From: Chiloscyllium plagiosum
Taxonomy: Eukaryota
Length of the DNA: 20,000 nt
Direction: 5' to 3'
Assembly: GCF_004010195.1 (NCBI RefSeq)
Contig: NC_057719.1
Location: 93,552,257 to 93,572,256 of the forward strand
Under the pieces are notes generated by a model, which had not been told where the DNA came from, made no database searches, and was given only the letters and a program-made list of their open reading frames with translations. Both the position numbers and the translations under genes were made by a program. Shown piece after piece: positions 1-10,137 of the stretch (positions are counted from its first letter, which is position 1; the number at the start of each line of letters is the position of its first letter).

Positions 1-2400
1 GTCTGATGATGTGCTCCCTGGACAGGGTGGTGTGTGCTGGGTGATTGTTCAATTCCTGGTGGGTCCCATGGGGTATTCCCAGTAGAGGGGATTTGCGTGT
101 CAGGCTGTTTTTCAGTCCTTGGCGTGCCCCATCTATTGCTGAATGGACAGGGATGTGTGTGTCGGGCTACTATTCACTTCCTAGTGAGTCCCATGTTGCG
201 CTCCATGTAGAGGGGTGTGTGCCGGATGGTAATTCACGTCCTGGTATGGACAAGGGTGCGTATATTGGGTGAATGTTAACTTCCCGGTGTGTATAATATG
301 GTGCTCCATGGACAATGGGTATGTGTAGGGTGGTTATTCACTTCCCCGTGTATCCTATGTGGTGTTCTATGGACGGGCAGAAGGTTGATGGACAGTTGTT
401 CAAATCCGTTTGTGTCATCTACGGCGCTCATTCTACAGAGGTGTGTGTGATGGGCTGGTGTTCACTTATCAGTGTGTCTACATGTACAGTGGCTTTTGTT
501 TCACTTCCCAGTGTGAACCAAGTGAACTCCATGGACAAAGGGCATGTGTTGATCTATTGGTCATTTTGCAGTGTGTTCCATGCAGTGGTCCAAGGACAGG
601 GGTGTGTGTGTCCGTCCGGCTGTTGTTCACTTCCTGGTCTGTCCTTTGTGGTGCTCCATGTAGATGGGAGTCCACGTTGAATTATTTTTCACTTCCCAGT
701 GTTTCGCGTGTGCTGCTCCATGGACAGGAGTGTATGTGCTGGATACTCGTTCACTTCACGAAATGTCCCATGTGTTACTCCATGGGACACTTCCGGACAA
801 CGAATGCGTGATGGACTTCTATTGTCTTGCTGGTATATGCCATTTGGTGGTCCATGAACAGGGGTATATGCGTCGGGCTGTTGTGTCCGATTTGACGCTC
901 AGTGGAGAGTGTGATGTGTCCTGGGATTTTGTTTACTTCCTGGTGTGCCCACTGTGTTGCTCGATAGAATGCGAAGTGTGTGTCAGGGCTTATGTTCGCC
1001 TACCAGTGAGTCCCATGTGGTGGTCCTAGTATAGGGGTGTGTGCGCTGAACTGTTGTTCACCTCTTGAGACGCCCCACATTGTGGCCCATGAACAGGGCT
1101 GTGTAAATATTGTTCTCACGTTTGCTTAAAGTTGAGAACCATTTGGTGTTCCATGAACAGGATGGTGCGTGTTCGTCTATTGTTCACTTCCCAGTGAAAC
1201 CAATGATGTTCCGTGGACATGGGTGCATACGTAGGGCTGATGTTAACTTCCTGGTGTGTACAATGTGGTGCTCCGTGAACTGAGGGGTGTATGTCTGCCT
1301 GTTGTTGACTTCCTGGTATGTCCGATGTTGTGCTCCATGAACAGGAGGACATATCCCGGGCTTTCTTTAACTTCCGGTGTGCCACATTTGTTGTTCGATG
1401 GAAAAGGTGTCTGCACCCGGTCTTTCGTCATTTTCCCCCGTGGTGCTCCATGGACTAGCAGTGTGTGTTGGGCGGCTATTCACTTAACGCAGTATCCCAT
1501 GTGTGTTTCCATGGACTGGGGAGGTATGAGTCGGCTGTTGTTCACTTCTTTGTGTGTCCCATGTGGTGCTCCATAGACAGGGCTCGTGTGTCGTGCTGTT
1601 GTTCACTTCCCAGTGTGTCTTATTTGGTGCTGTTTGGCCTTTGTGCTGGGCTGTTGTTCACTTACCGGTTTGTTCCATGTGGCATACCATGGACAGTGGG
1701 TTGACTTCAATGCTCTCGTTTGCTTCCCGTTTTGTCCGATGTGGTGCTCCATGAACATAAGTGTCTGATTCGCACATTTTTTTCACTTCCTGGTATATCC
1801 CACGTTGTGCTCCATTATCAGAGGGTTGAGTGCAGGGCTTTCATTTACATCCCTGTGCATGCCACGTGATGGTCCATCGACATGGATGTGTGCGTCAGAC
1901 TGTTATTCACTTCCTGGTGTGACCCATGTGGTCATCCAAGGGCAGGGCATGTGTGCTGGGTCGTTGCTCACTTCCCAGTGCGTCCCAAGTGGCATTTCAT
2001 GGGCAGAGGAGGTGTGTGTCTGTCTGTTTTTCACTATGGTGTGCGTCCCATCTGGAGCTCCATGGACAGGAGTGCTTTTGCTGGGCTGTTGTTCACTTCC
2101 CGATGTGCCCCATGTGGTGGTACATAAACAGGGGTGTATGTGTTGTGCTCTCGTTCACTTCAAGTTGTGTCCCATGTGGTGTTCCGTGAACATGTTCATC
2201 CGTTGTTGACTTCCTGGTGTGTCCGATGCTGTGCTCACTGAATCAGGGGACATAGTCTGTGCGTTTTGTTCACTACTGGTGTGCTCTGTGTGCTGTTCGG
2301 TGGAAGAGGAAGTGTGCGTCTGACCTTCATTTACTTCCTAGTGTGTCCCATGTGATACTCCAGAGACTGGGTGCTTGTGCTGGGCCGCTGTTCACTTAAC
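1..2400. repeat. Degenerate tandem satellite, ~62-bp monomer, roughly 40 copies, open at the window start
   Basis: Recurring consensus TTCACTTCCCAGTGTGTCCCATGTGGTGCTCCATGGACAGGGGTGTGTGTGCTGGGCTGTTG. The TTCA anchors at 337, 399 and 461 are 62 bp apart. Some monomers are truncated. Confidence 0.92.
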
Positions 2401-2824
2401 AGCGGATGCAGCAGCGGATGCAGCAGCTTTGACACACGTCTTTGAAACTTGGACAGTGCCAGTTCACTGAACGCCAGGGAATTTCCCTTTCAGCTGATCG
2501 TGCAGTCAGCAACACGAGGAAGTCCATCCAGTATTATTGTAATGGAGCAGGCATCTGTCTTGTAGCTGAGGAGATTCTAACTGACTTCGGTTATTGAAAC
2601 GTTCATGAATGTGCTGTGAATAGTTTGCTGGAGATTGTGCTGTGAGCTGTTTCAGTCATTAAGGGATGATTCGGTGATCTAACTCTGGACGGAGCATGGG
2701 GACTGTACTTAAGGCATCTGGGTCTGCAACGTGAACAACAAATTGTGCAGAGGCTGCAGAGACACAAAACTCCAAAACTACAGAGGAAATGTGTGCGGGG
2801 AAAGGGAACGACCATATCTGTCTG

Positions 2825-3492
2825 TGTCTTAACTTGGACACCATGCTCTCACTCTCCGCCTTACACAAACTCACACTCACAGTGTTTCACTTTCTCATTC
2901 CGCTGCCACACTCAGACTCCCCTCTCTCACACACAAACACAAATACATATAAGTCTGCAGTGTGAATTTGGATTTGTAGATTTGTATTTGCAAATGCATT
3001 CTGTTTTGTTAAAAAGCAAAGTTGGAGGCAGTCAATCAATGTGACATTTTATAAATTCCTAGTTTGAAAATAAAGCCAGTATGACTCTAGATTAAGACAC
3101 AGACAGACTCCAAACACGATCCGATGCCTAAAATACATTGTCTGACTGGAGGTGTCATCTCCTTTACATCGGTAATAACTTCAGTTATCTGCAGGCAGTG
3201 ACTCTGAAAGAAATTATGAGATTTATACGATCAATCAAAACCTGCAACTGCATTCTAACTGATGAAAGATTTAACAGCCATCTTAGCTGCGTTCAATTCA
3301 TATGCATGAGATGTACGACCCTTTAATCCTTCCCTTATAAATTCTGGGTCTGAGGTCTTCCTCTCTCACTAACACTTGATGAAGGAGCAGCCCTATGGGG
3401 AAAGCTTGTATTTTCACATAAACCCGTTGGACAATAACCTGGTGTCGTGTGATTTTTGAATTTGTCCAAATCAGTCCAACACTGGCACCTCT
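2825..3492 (+). mobile_element. 3' portion/pLTR of a Penelope-like element (non-coding)
   Basis: A CA-rich tract is followed by a UTR-like body ending in ...TTGATGAAGGAGCAGC...GAAAGCTTG...AAACCCGTTGGACAATAACCTGGTGTCGTGTGATTTTT. That tail is homologous, in reverse orientation, to 5675-5760, which is attached to a GIY-YIG C-terminal remnant. The left boundary is approximate. Confidence 0.7.
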
Positions 3493-3503
3493 TCACCATT
3501 GCT

Positions 3504-3720
3504 TTATTGGTGATTCAATCTACTCTCCAAGCAAATATTTTTTTTACTAACCCCATGTGCTCTTCTCTTGCAGATTAAACTTTTGTGAGGGACGTTATGC
3601 AATACATTCTGGAAGTCCAGATATAATATATCTAGATGATCCCCCTTATCCACCTTGCTTATCACATTAAAAAAAGACTCAGGCAAATAATTCAAACAGA
3701 ACAAATCATTTTGACTGTGA
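3504..3720 (-). mobile_element. CR1-type LINE reverse transcriptase fragment (decayed)
   Basis: The translation VISKVDKGDHLDILYLDFQNVLHNVPHKSLICK matches the CR1 RT motif 'D.G..VDV.YLDFQKAFDKVPH.RL'. Confidence 0.85.
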
Positions 3721-3983
3721 TGGTTTGTGTTTTGACTTTGAAAATCTCCTGCTATTAATTAATTATTAACAGTTCCTAACATTTTGCCTTCAATCCCAAT
3801 AGTTTGGTCACTACTTTACATCCCATTAAGGTTGGTTGTTCTAAGTTCTTCCCTCACTATAACCTCTATGTTACCTTTCAATTCCTGTGCAACAGGGACA
3901 AGGCTCAAAAAGATCTTCTCTGATTGTTGTGTAAAAGGCATGGATGACTGAATAGACTAATTCTTTTCCTGGTATACACACCG

Positions 3984-4210
3984 ATGGGCTGAAAGTCTTT
4001 CCTGATGCTCCGACATTATAGCCACAATCGGAAGAATGTCTTCTTGGGGTTCCTACATTGTAGTCTCAATGGGCTAACTGTCCTTCCCAGTGCTCCTACA
4101 TTATATGCCCATGGGCTGAATGTCCTTCCTGATGCTCCTACGTTATAGTCTCGATGGGCTGAATGCACTCCCGGTGTCACTACAGTATAAGCCTGAGGGG
4201 CTCAATGCCG
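3984..4210. repeat. Minisatellite, 42-43-bp unit, about 5 copies
   Basis: Unit ATGGGCTGAATGTCCTTCCTGATGCTCCTACATTATAGTCTCG starts at 3984, 4027, 4069, 4111, 4154 and about 4196. Confidence 0.85.
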
Positions 4211-4219
4211 TAGACCTGC

Positions 4220-5320
4220 AGCTCCACTTTCAAGAAACTATCTACGTGCACCCCTGGATCTCGCTGAATTGCAACACAACCCAGGGCCCAACCACTAACT
4301 CTCTAAATCCATCCCTGTTTGACAACTAAATACAACACGTCACATTTTTCTGCATGAAGCTCCATCTGCCATTCCTCGGACCACAGCCCAGTAGATCATG
4401 ATCTCATGTTCCTTTTAATAACCTTGTTCATTGTCCTAGTTACCAGCAGTTTTGGTGTTGTGTACAAACTTGAAATCCATGCTTTGTATATTCTTATCCA
4501 AATCATTTATTAAAATAAGAAACAACATGAGTCCTACACTTGTCCTTGTGCCACACTGCTTGTCACAACAAATATCTCCCAGCAGCCTCTGTAGTTAATT
4601 TGTTAGCTCTCCGTTATCTCCTGTGATCTAACCTTATTAACCAGGCTACCATGCGGATCATTTTTGGGCCTCACTAAGATCCACCTAGACAACGTGTGCT
4701 GTTTTCCCTTCAGCTATCTTCCCGATCACCTCTTGAAACATTTCACTCAAGTTTGAGACACGATTTCCCACACATATCATACTGAATATCCTAGATCAGT
4801 CCGTGCCTTTTCAAATGCATGTAGATCCTGTTTCTCAGAATCTTCACCAAACACTTCCCTACCCCTGATATCAGACCCACTAGTCTGTAGTTTGCGGGCT
4901 TTTCTTTGCAGCATTAACACAATGTCAGCGCCTGATTCGTGGCTTTCTATTGCACAAGTGAAAACCGGGACAACTGCGGATGATGTAATTCAGGAACGGG
5001 GCATCTCAACAGATCTGGCAGCATCTGTGAAGGTAAATCAGAGTTAACGTTTCGGATTCAGTGTCCCTTCCTCAGAATTCTGAGGAATGACACAAATATA
5101 TCAGCAAGATGCACACAATTTATTCCTAAGCTTGCCGTAATGAACTGGGATACATAAACAGGCCCAGGGTGTTTATCGACGGTTATGCATTTTCATCTCC
5201 AATAATTCGTCCCCTGTAATGTGGCCTCGTTTCAAAACATCACTGCATTGATTTATTTCGTTGAATTTTTACACTACCATGTATTTTCCCACTGACGCGA
5301 TATATTCATGTGGGACCATG
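4220..5320 (-). mobile_element. Old CR1 LINE ORF2 fragment (RT and upstream region), interrupted at about 4955-5087
   Basis: The minus strand carries degenerate versions of the CR1 motifs QGSVLGP..F..YINDLD and SKFADDTK (4450-4560), GKSCL.NL.EFFE (about 4730-4770), NYR.V.L.S (about 4865-4895) and VDK.PGP (about 5160-5195), with many stops and frameshifts. Confidence 0.75.
4955..5087 (-). mobile_element. Short Penelope-type pLTR fragment with a hammerhead-like motif
   Basis: The minus strand reads CTGAGGA-A-GGGAC-ACTG-AATCC-GAAACGTT-AACTC...GATGCTGCCAGATCTGTTGAG. This has the same architecture as the Penelope tail at 8222-8310 and ends in a perfect 20-bp palindrome at 5068-5087. Confidence 0.6.
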
Positions 5321-5674
5321 TTGTAAGGCCGCGGAGTTGGGGGAGATCAAGTCCTTGTGAGGAGTGTGAGTCCAGCCTGGCCAGGCACTTAATTATAGTG
5401 TTGTTAAACTGTTAACTGTGCTTTTGTGTTTTTCCACTTTTATAGGAAGGGCGATAACGTTTCATACTTTAAATTTATTTCCTTTATTTTTCTGCTTTGT
5501 ACTAAAATTTCATACCTTGGGAGAGGGAAACTTCGTATCTAAGATTGTGTCACTTGTAAACTTTTAACAGTCCTTTCGTGAGTACATGTGACAAAAAATA
5601 ATAAACCTAATTCAGATCCCGAGTAACAGACAGAGACGGCTCTTTGAGTTTTAAGGAGCCCTATTATCTCCCTC

Positions 5675-6577
5675 GTCAAAATCACACATCACCAGTTTAT
5701 CGTCCAACAGGTTTATTTGGAAGCATTAGGTTTCGGAGCGCTGTTCTTTCATCATGTGATTGTGGAGTAAACTAACGTTAGACACAAAGTTTATAGCAAA
5801 CATTTACAGTATGATATAACGGAAATTATAAATTGAAAAATAAACTGGATTGTTTGTTGAGTCTATCACATTCTAAAATGATCGTGTTGACTTCAGTTCT
5901 TTCATTTGTAAAACCCAGAACTTTTCTAAAGTTGCATTGTCAAGTGAACTTTAACAATAGGTGCTATTTAGGCCCAGCTGATGCATTGAAGATTTAAAAT
6001 TCACTATGATAGGCTGCCTGTGCCCCAATTTTCAGGCACATTTACTTCTAAAAATAGGGATTTACAGATTTTATATGGATTCATGCAGTTTTTGAGCAAA
6101 CTAAAATGTAATTCTGAAAGTACAAATCCACCTGACAGACATATATGTGTATGCATGTTGGTTTGTCTATATGTGCAGGGATGTGTATGACTATCTGTGA
6201 GAGAGTGCGCATACGTTGAGTGTAAAGGGGTATAAGTGCGTGAGATGATGGGTGTGCGGGTGTGACAGTGGGAGTGTATGTGCAAGCATATAAGAGACAA
6301 CTTGTGTACGAGGGAGGGTCACTTTGAGTTTATGGGTCTGCAGGAGTATGTGTGTGTCTGTCTGTGTGTGTCTATGTGTGTGTGTGTTTGTGTGAGTGTG
6401 TGTGTGTCTGGTGCAATGGAACCACCTGTAGTGTGGCATGAGCCCAAGCCCATACACATGGGTACCAAACTTGTTTTTCAGCCTCTGCACGGCCAGTTTC
6501 CATTGTAGCCTGTCCCAAAGTGCAGCTTGGATAATGGTCAACTGAAGATATGTGGCCAAATGCCCCGGAAAACCGTT
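5675..6577 (-). mobile_element. 5'-truncated Penelope-like element: GIY-YIG C-terminal remnant plus 3' UTR/pLTR
   Basis: The minus translation FPGHLATYLQLTIIQAALWDRLQWKLAVQRLKNKFGTHVYGLGLMPHY resembles the end of PLE endonucleases (HF...H...DL.V..LQ.....R...EQ.LI..F.T...GLN). It is followed by a (CA)n tract and a tail homologous to 3370-3460. Confidence 0.75.
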
Positions 6578-6910
6578 CCCGGTACTGGACATGTGGCTCG
6601 TCTGGATATATAGATCAAAGCACACTGTGGTCTGCATAGCTCCCGGTGCTGGACAGATACTTTGACTGGATTTATAGATCAATGCACTACTATTGAAAGC
6701 ACAGCTCCCCGTGCTGGACAGATACCTATTTGTGTTTATAGATCAATACACTGTCGTGGTGTTCACAGCTCCCCATGCTGAAAAGATGTGTAATCGGGTT
6801 TATAGATCGATGCACTGCTGCGAGCTAGATTGTTCCAGCTGTTAGACAGATATCTAGTCGGAGATTATAGATAAATGCACTGATGTGATCTGCATTGTAC
6901 CATCCTCTGC
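6578..6910. repeat. Minisatellite, 64-bp unit, about 5 copies
   Basis: The TATAGAT anchor occurs at 6609, 6673, 6737, 6801 and 6866. The unit is approximately CCCGGTGCTGGACAGATAC...GGATTTATAGATCAATGCACTGC.GTG.TCTGCACAGCT. Confidence 0.88.
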
Positions 6911-7469
6911 AGACCGCTGACTTGGATGGAGCAGAGCTTGATCTATATAGTGCTCTAAGAGGAACAGGCATCACCTCTGAGTTAATGGTTCTCTATGGTG
7001 GCTAGTAAATCTGACATAAGTCATCATTTCAGCTGACCGGCACTGCCTTTCATTCACATTCAACTAATGTTCTACTCTGCCCGAGGATAGCACATCGTGT
7101 TGGTGAATGCCCACTGTCCTGGCAGCAGCCACAACTTCATTCAGAAGCAGTCAGCCAATCCTATCATCCTCAGGTCTCGACGTTCAAAGAAAGAATTGGT
7201 CTTTCGTATATAGGCCGTCCCCTTGGTACAAGGCTAAAAAAACCATCCCCTTCACCACTCCACACCGCCAACCAATCACATCAAAATATTCCGTGTGTTC
7301 TGATTGCAATGGTGCCACTGGAAACGTGAGATGGAGCGACACTTCCCGTGTCTGAATGGAAAGTCTGCTCCAAATGCTGAGTAATAGCCTCGAATGGCTG
7401 AATGGACTCATTCTGCCACTGTTTAAAACTCTTGATGGGCTGAATAACCTACTTCAGTGTAGGTGTAGT

Positions 7470-8200
7470 TGTGAATGTTACTGAACATTTTGGAACCATC
7501 AGTGAACAACCCACATCTGATTTTATGATGGAGGGCGGGCCCTTGATGCTGCAGCTGCTGATAGACCACAGTGCCTCATGGATGCCCAGGTTCCATTTGC
7601 TGTGCCCTTTAGAAGTATGCCCTACTTCACAGGACGTAATGCCACATAACGCGGTGGGCAGGACGTTCAATGTGACTCTGAGACTTTCCCTTTTCCAGGA
7701 CTGTTTACTGACTGGTCCTCGAGATACTTTTAGTGACAGATACATCTGTAAAAAGTAGTTTGGTGAGAACGCTTCCCAATTGTTGGTTCCACCATCACTT
7801 TCCACAGTCTGGCTGCTGCGTATTTGAGGCCTCGCCCTGTTCTATTAGTGGTGAGCCTGCAGCGACACTGTTGGTGATGTTCATTGAGGTCCTACACCCG
7901 GAATACGTTCTGTCCCCTTGTCACATTCAGTGCTTCTTCTGACTTGTTTTCAACATCGAGGGGAATTGACTTGTTACCAAGGGGTGGCGTAGAGATCAGT
8001 AGATTTTCATCATCAGGGAATTTTCGAGTTCTGATTTCAGTGTTGGGCAATTACAGGGTAGCTCCTTCCCTGAATGTATCCCAAGGGTGTCTCGAACACT
8101 GGGTCTGTTGTGCGGATGGGACAGGCTATGCCGAGGGATGGTAATGGGGCTTCATGAATCACTACCAATCAGGTCTGATTCTGTAAGTGTGACCCTGTCC
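7470..8200 (-). mobile_element. Old CR1-clade LINE fragment with the APE endonuclease region joined directly to the RT 'FADD' region
   Basis: Minus 7470-7565 gives SISSCSIKGPPSIIKSDVG, a decayed form of TIFSCFINDLPSIIRSEVGMFADD. Positions 7870-7945 give a decayed 'EEAL.V...QNV..VGD.N.HH' endonuclease motif. Confidence 0.6.
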
Positions 8201-8221
8201 GACTATTTCATCATTTGGCGC

Positions 8222-9610
8222 GTGCTGCTGGAAAAGCAAAATAGGAAAGTCAGCATCTGAGGACAAGGCCAATAGACGTTACGAGAATTAGCCCTTCATC
8301 AGGAATGAAACTTGTGAGTTGGGAGGGGGGGAGGTGAGTGATAAATGGGAGGGTTTGGGGCTGGGGGAAGGTAGATCTCAATACCATAGGTCGATGAAGG
8401 TGGAGATAATGGCTACAGGTCGAAGAGGAGGATAGATGGGAAAGTTGATGGACAGGTCAAGAGAGTGGTGCTGAGTTGGAAGCTTGGCACTGGGCAAGGT
8501 AGGTCGAGGGGAAATGGGGAGACTGGTTAAATGTGCTTTGATCCCGTGTGGTTGCAGGGTCCCTCAGCAGAAGAATTTACATTCTTCCTCCAAGCATTGT
8601 GTGGTTTGGGTTTGGCGATGGAGAAGTCCCAGGATCTGCGTGTTGTTGATGGAGTGGGAGGAGGAGTTAAAGTGTTCAGCCACGGGGCGTATTTGTTGGT
8701 TGGTGTGGTGCTCCACAGATCGTCTCTGAACTGATCCACAATTTGGTGTCCAGTCTCCCAGAGGTAGAAGAGATAGCCTCGGGTGCAACTGATACAGTCG
8801 ATGATGTGTTTTGAGTTACAAGTAAATTTCTGTCGGATGTGGAAGGATCATTTGGGGCCTTGGATGGAGATGCGAGGAGAGATGTGATCGCAGGGCTTGT
8901 ACTTACTGCAGTGGCAGGGGAAGTTGCTAGGAGTGGGATGAGGGCTGGTGGCATGCGTAGATCTGACGAGGGAGTCGCAGAGATAATGATCTCTCTGGAA
9001 TGCAGATAGTAGTGGGGGAAGGAAATATATCGCGAGTGGTGGAGTCTGTTTGTTGGTGATCAAAATGGCGAGGATGATGCGATGTATAGGAAGTTTGGTG
9101 GGGTGGAAGGCCAGGACCGGCATTCTGTCCTTCTTCTTATGCGATGGATGGCGTTCGAGGGTGAAGGTGGGGCAAGTGGAGGAGATGCACTGGAGGGCAA
9201 AATCAACCACTGGACGGGGATGGGAATTGAGATCTGCGAAGAAGGACGACATTTGCGATTTTCTAAAGTGCAATTGGTCATGCTGGGAAAAGATGCAGCA
9301 GAGGTAGAGGATTTGGCAATAAGGGCTGCACTTTTTACAGGAGGTAGTGAGGGAGAAGGCGTAGTTCAGGTAGCTGTTGGAGTCAGTGGGCTTGTAGTAG
9401 ATGACTGTATTCAAACGGACTCCGGAAATGGAGTTGGGGAGGTCCAGGAAGGGAGGGACGTGCCCGAGATGGCGCAGGTGAACGTGAGATCAGAATGGAA
9501 GGTATTGTTGGACCTTTCAACCTCATCCTGAGAGCGCAAGGTGGCGCCGATACAGTCATCGATGTAAGAGAGGAAAATGTGGGGAATGGTGTGAGCATAA
9601 TTGCAGAAGG
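8222..9610 (-). mobile_element. 5'-truncated Penelope-like retroelement pseudogene (RT C-terminal half, GIY-YIG endonuclease, pLTR)
   Basis: Frameshifted motifs include LSYIDDCIGA (RT catalytic YxDD), YYKPTDSNSYLNY...SCKKCSPYCQ (PLE thumb region) and PVAEHFNSSSHS...LGLL...LEEE (GIY-YIG C-terminus). The tail at 8222-8310 contains CTGATGAAGGGC. Confidence 0.9.
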
Positions 9611-9905
9611 TTTCCCGGAACATTGTATACACAGCATTGCACAACTGACATTTCCTGGAACATTCCGTAGCCAACATTTTTTTAACTGTCAGTGCCTGGA
9701 ATATTCTGTTCCCAACATTCTGTAATTGACATTCCCTGGAATATTCTGTATCCTACATTCTATAACTGCTATTCCCCAGAACCTTTTGTATTCAACATTC
9801 TATATCTGGCATTCCCTAGAATATTCTGCACCTAAAATTCAATAACTGACGTTCCCCGGAACATTCTGTAAGTAGATTCCCCCGGAACATACTATTGCTG
9901 ACATT
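9604..9905. repeat. Minisatellite, 40-bp unit, about 7 copies
   Basis: Unit AACTGACATTCCCTGGAATATTCTGTATCCAACATTCTAT starts at 9643, 9684, 9724, 9764, 9804 and 9844. Confidence 0.9.
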
Positions 9906-9929
9906 ACTTGTGAACAGGGGCAATGTTAG

Positions 9930-10103
9930 ACTGGTGCAGGAAGAGCATAGCAGGTCAAGCAGCATCCGAGGAGTAGGGAAATCTACATTTCGGGAAGGAA
10001 CGTCAATTTTCCTGATTCTCGGATGCTGCCTGACTTGCGGTGCTTTTCAGCACCACAATAATCGTGACTCTGATCTTCAGCATTTGCAGTCCTCACTTTC
10101 GCC
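9930..10103. mobile_element. Inverted pair of Penelope pLTR fragments (fold-back)
   Basis: 9933-10003 (GGTGCAGGAAGAGCATAGCAGGTCAAGCAGCATCCGAGGAGTAGGGAAAT...) is an imperfect reverse complement of 10005-10054 (...ATTTTCCTGATTCTCGGATGCTGCCTGACTTGCGGTGCTTTTCAGCACC). It belongs to the same family as the tail at 8222-8310. Confidence 0.7.
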
Positions 10104-10137
10104 ATTATTTGTGGACGGCCGGACATCAGTGAATTGA

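Noticed and set aside
1..2400. CRISPR-like array or Cys-rich protein ORFs in the 62-bp repeat
   Set aside because: The whole monomer is repeated with no unique spacers, there are no cas genes and the context is vertebrate. A 62-bp unit is not a multiple of 3, and the overlapping ORFs in all frames are by-products of TG-rich sequence.
2425..2820. Candidate location of GPCR exon 1 (also checked 6910-7340 and 11054-11335)
   Set aside because: I found no frame encoding a hydrophobic TM1 start followed by a phase-1 GT donor.
5330..5615. Possible 3' end of another LINE or SINE ending GAGTACATGTGACAAAAAATAATAAA
   Set aside because: It looks repeat-like, but I could not support a family assignment or boundaries by eye.
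2825..6577. One composite element with terminal inverted repeats enclosing 3500-5670
   Set aside because: The two Penelope tails match well only near their ends and differ in the body, and I saw no shared TSD. Independent insertions are the simpler explanation.
8222..9610. Active or domesticated RT-endonuclease gene
   Set aside because: It is 5'-truncated, has multiple frameshifts and stops, and its GIY-YIG motif is degenerate.
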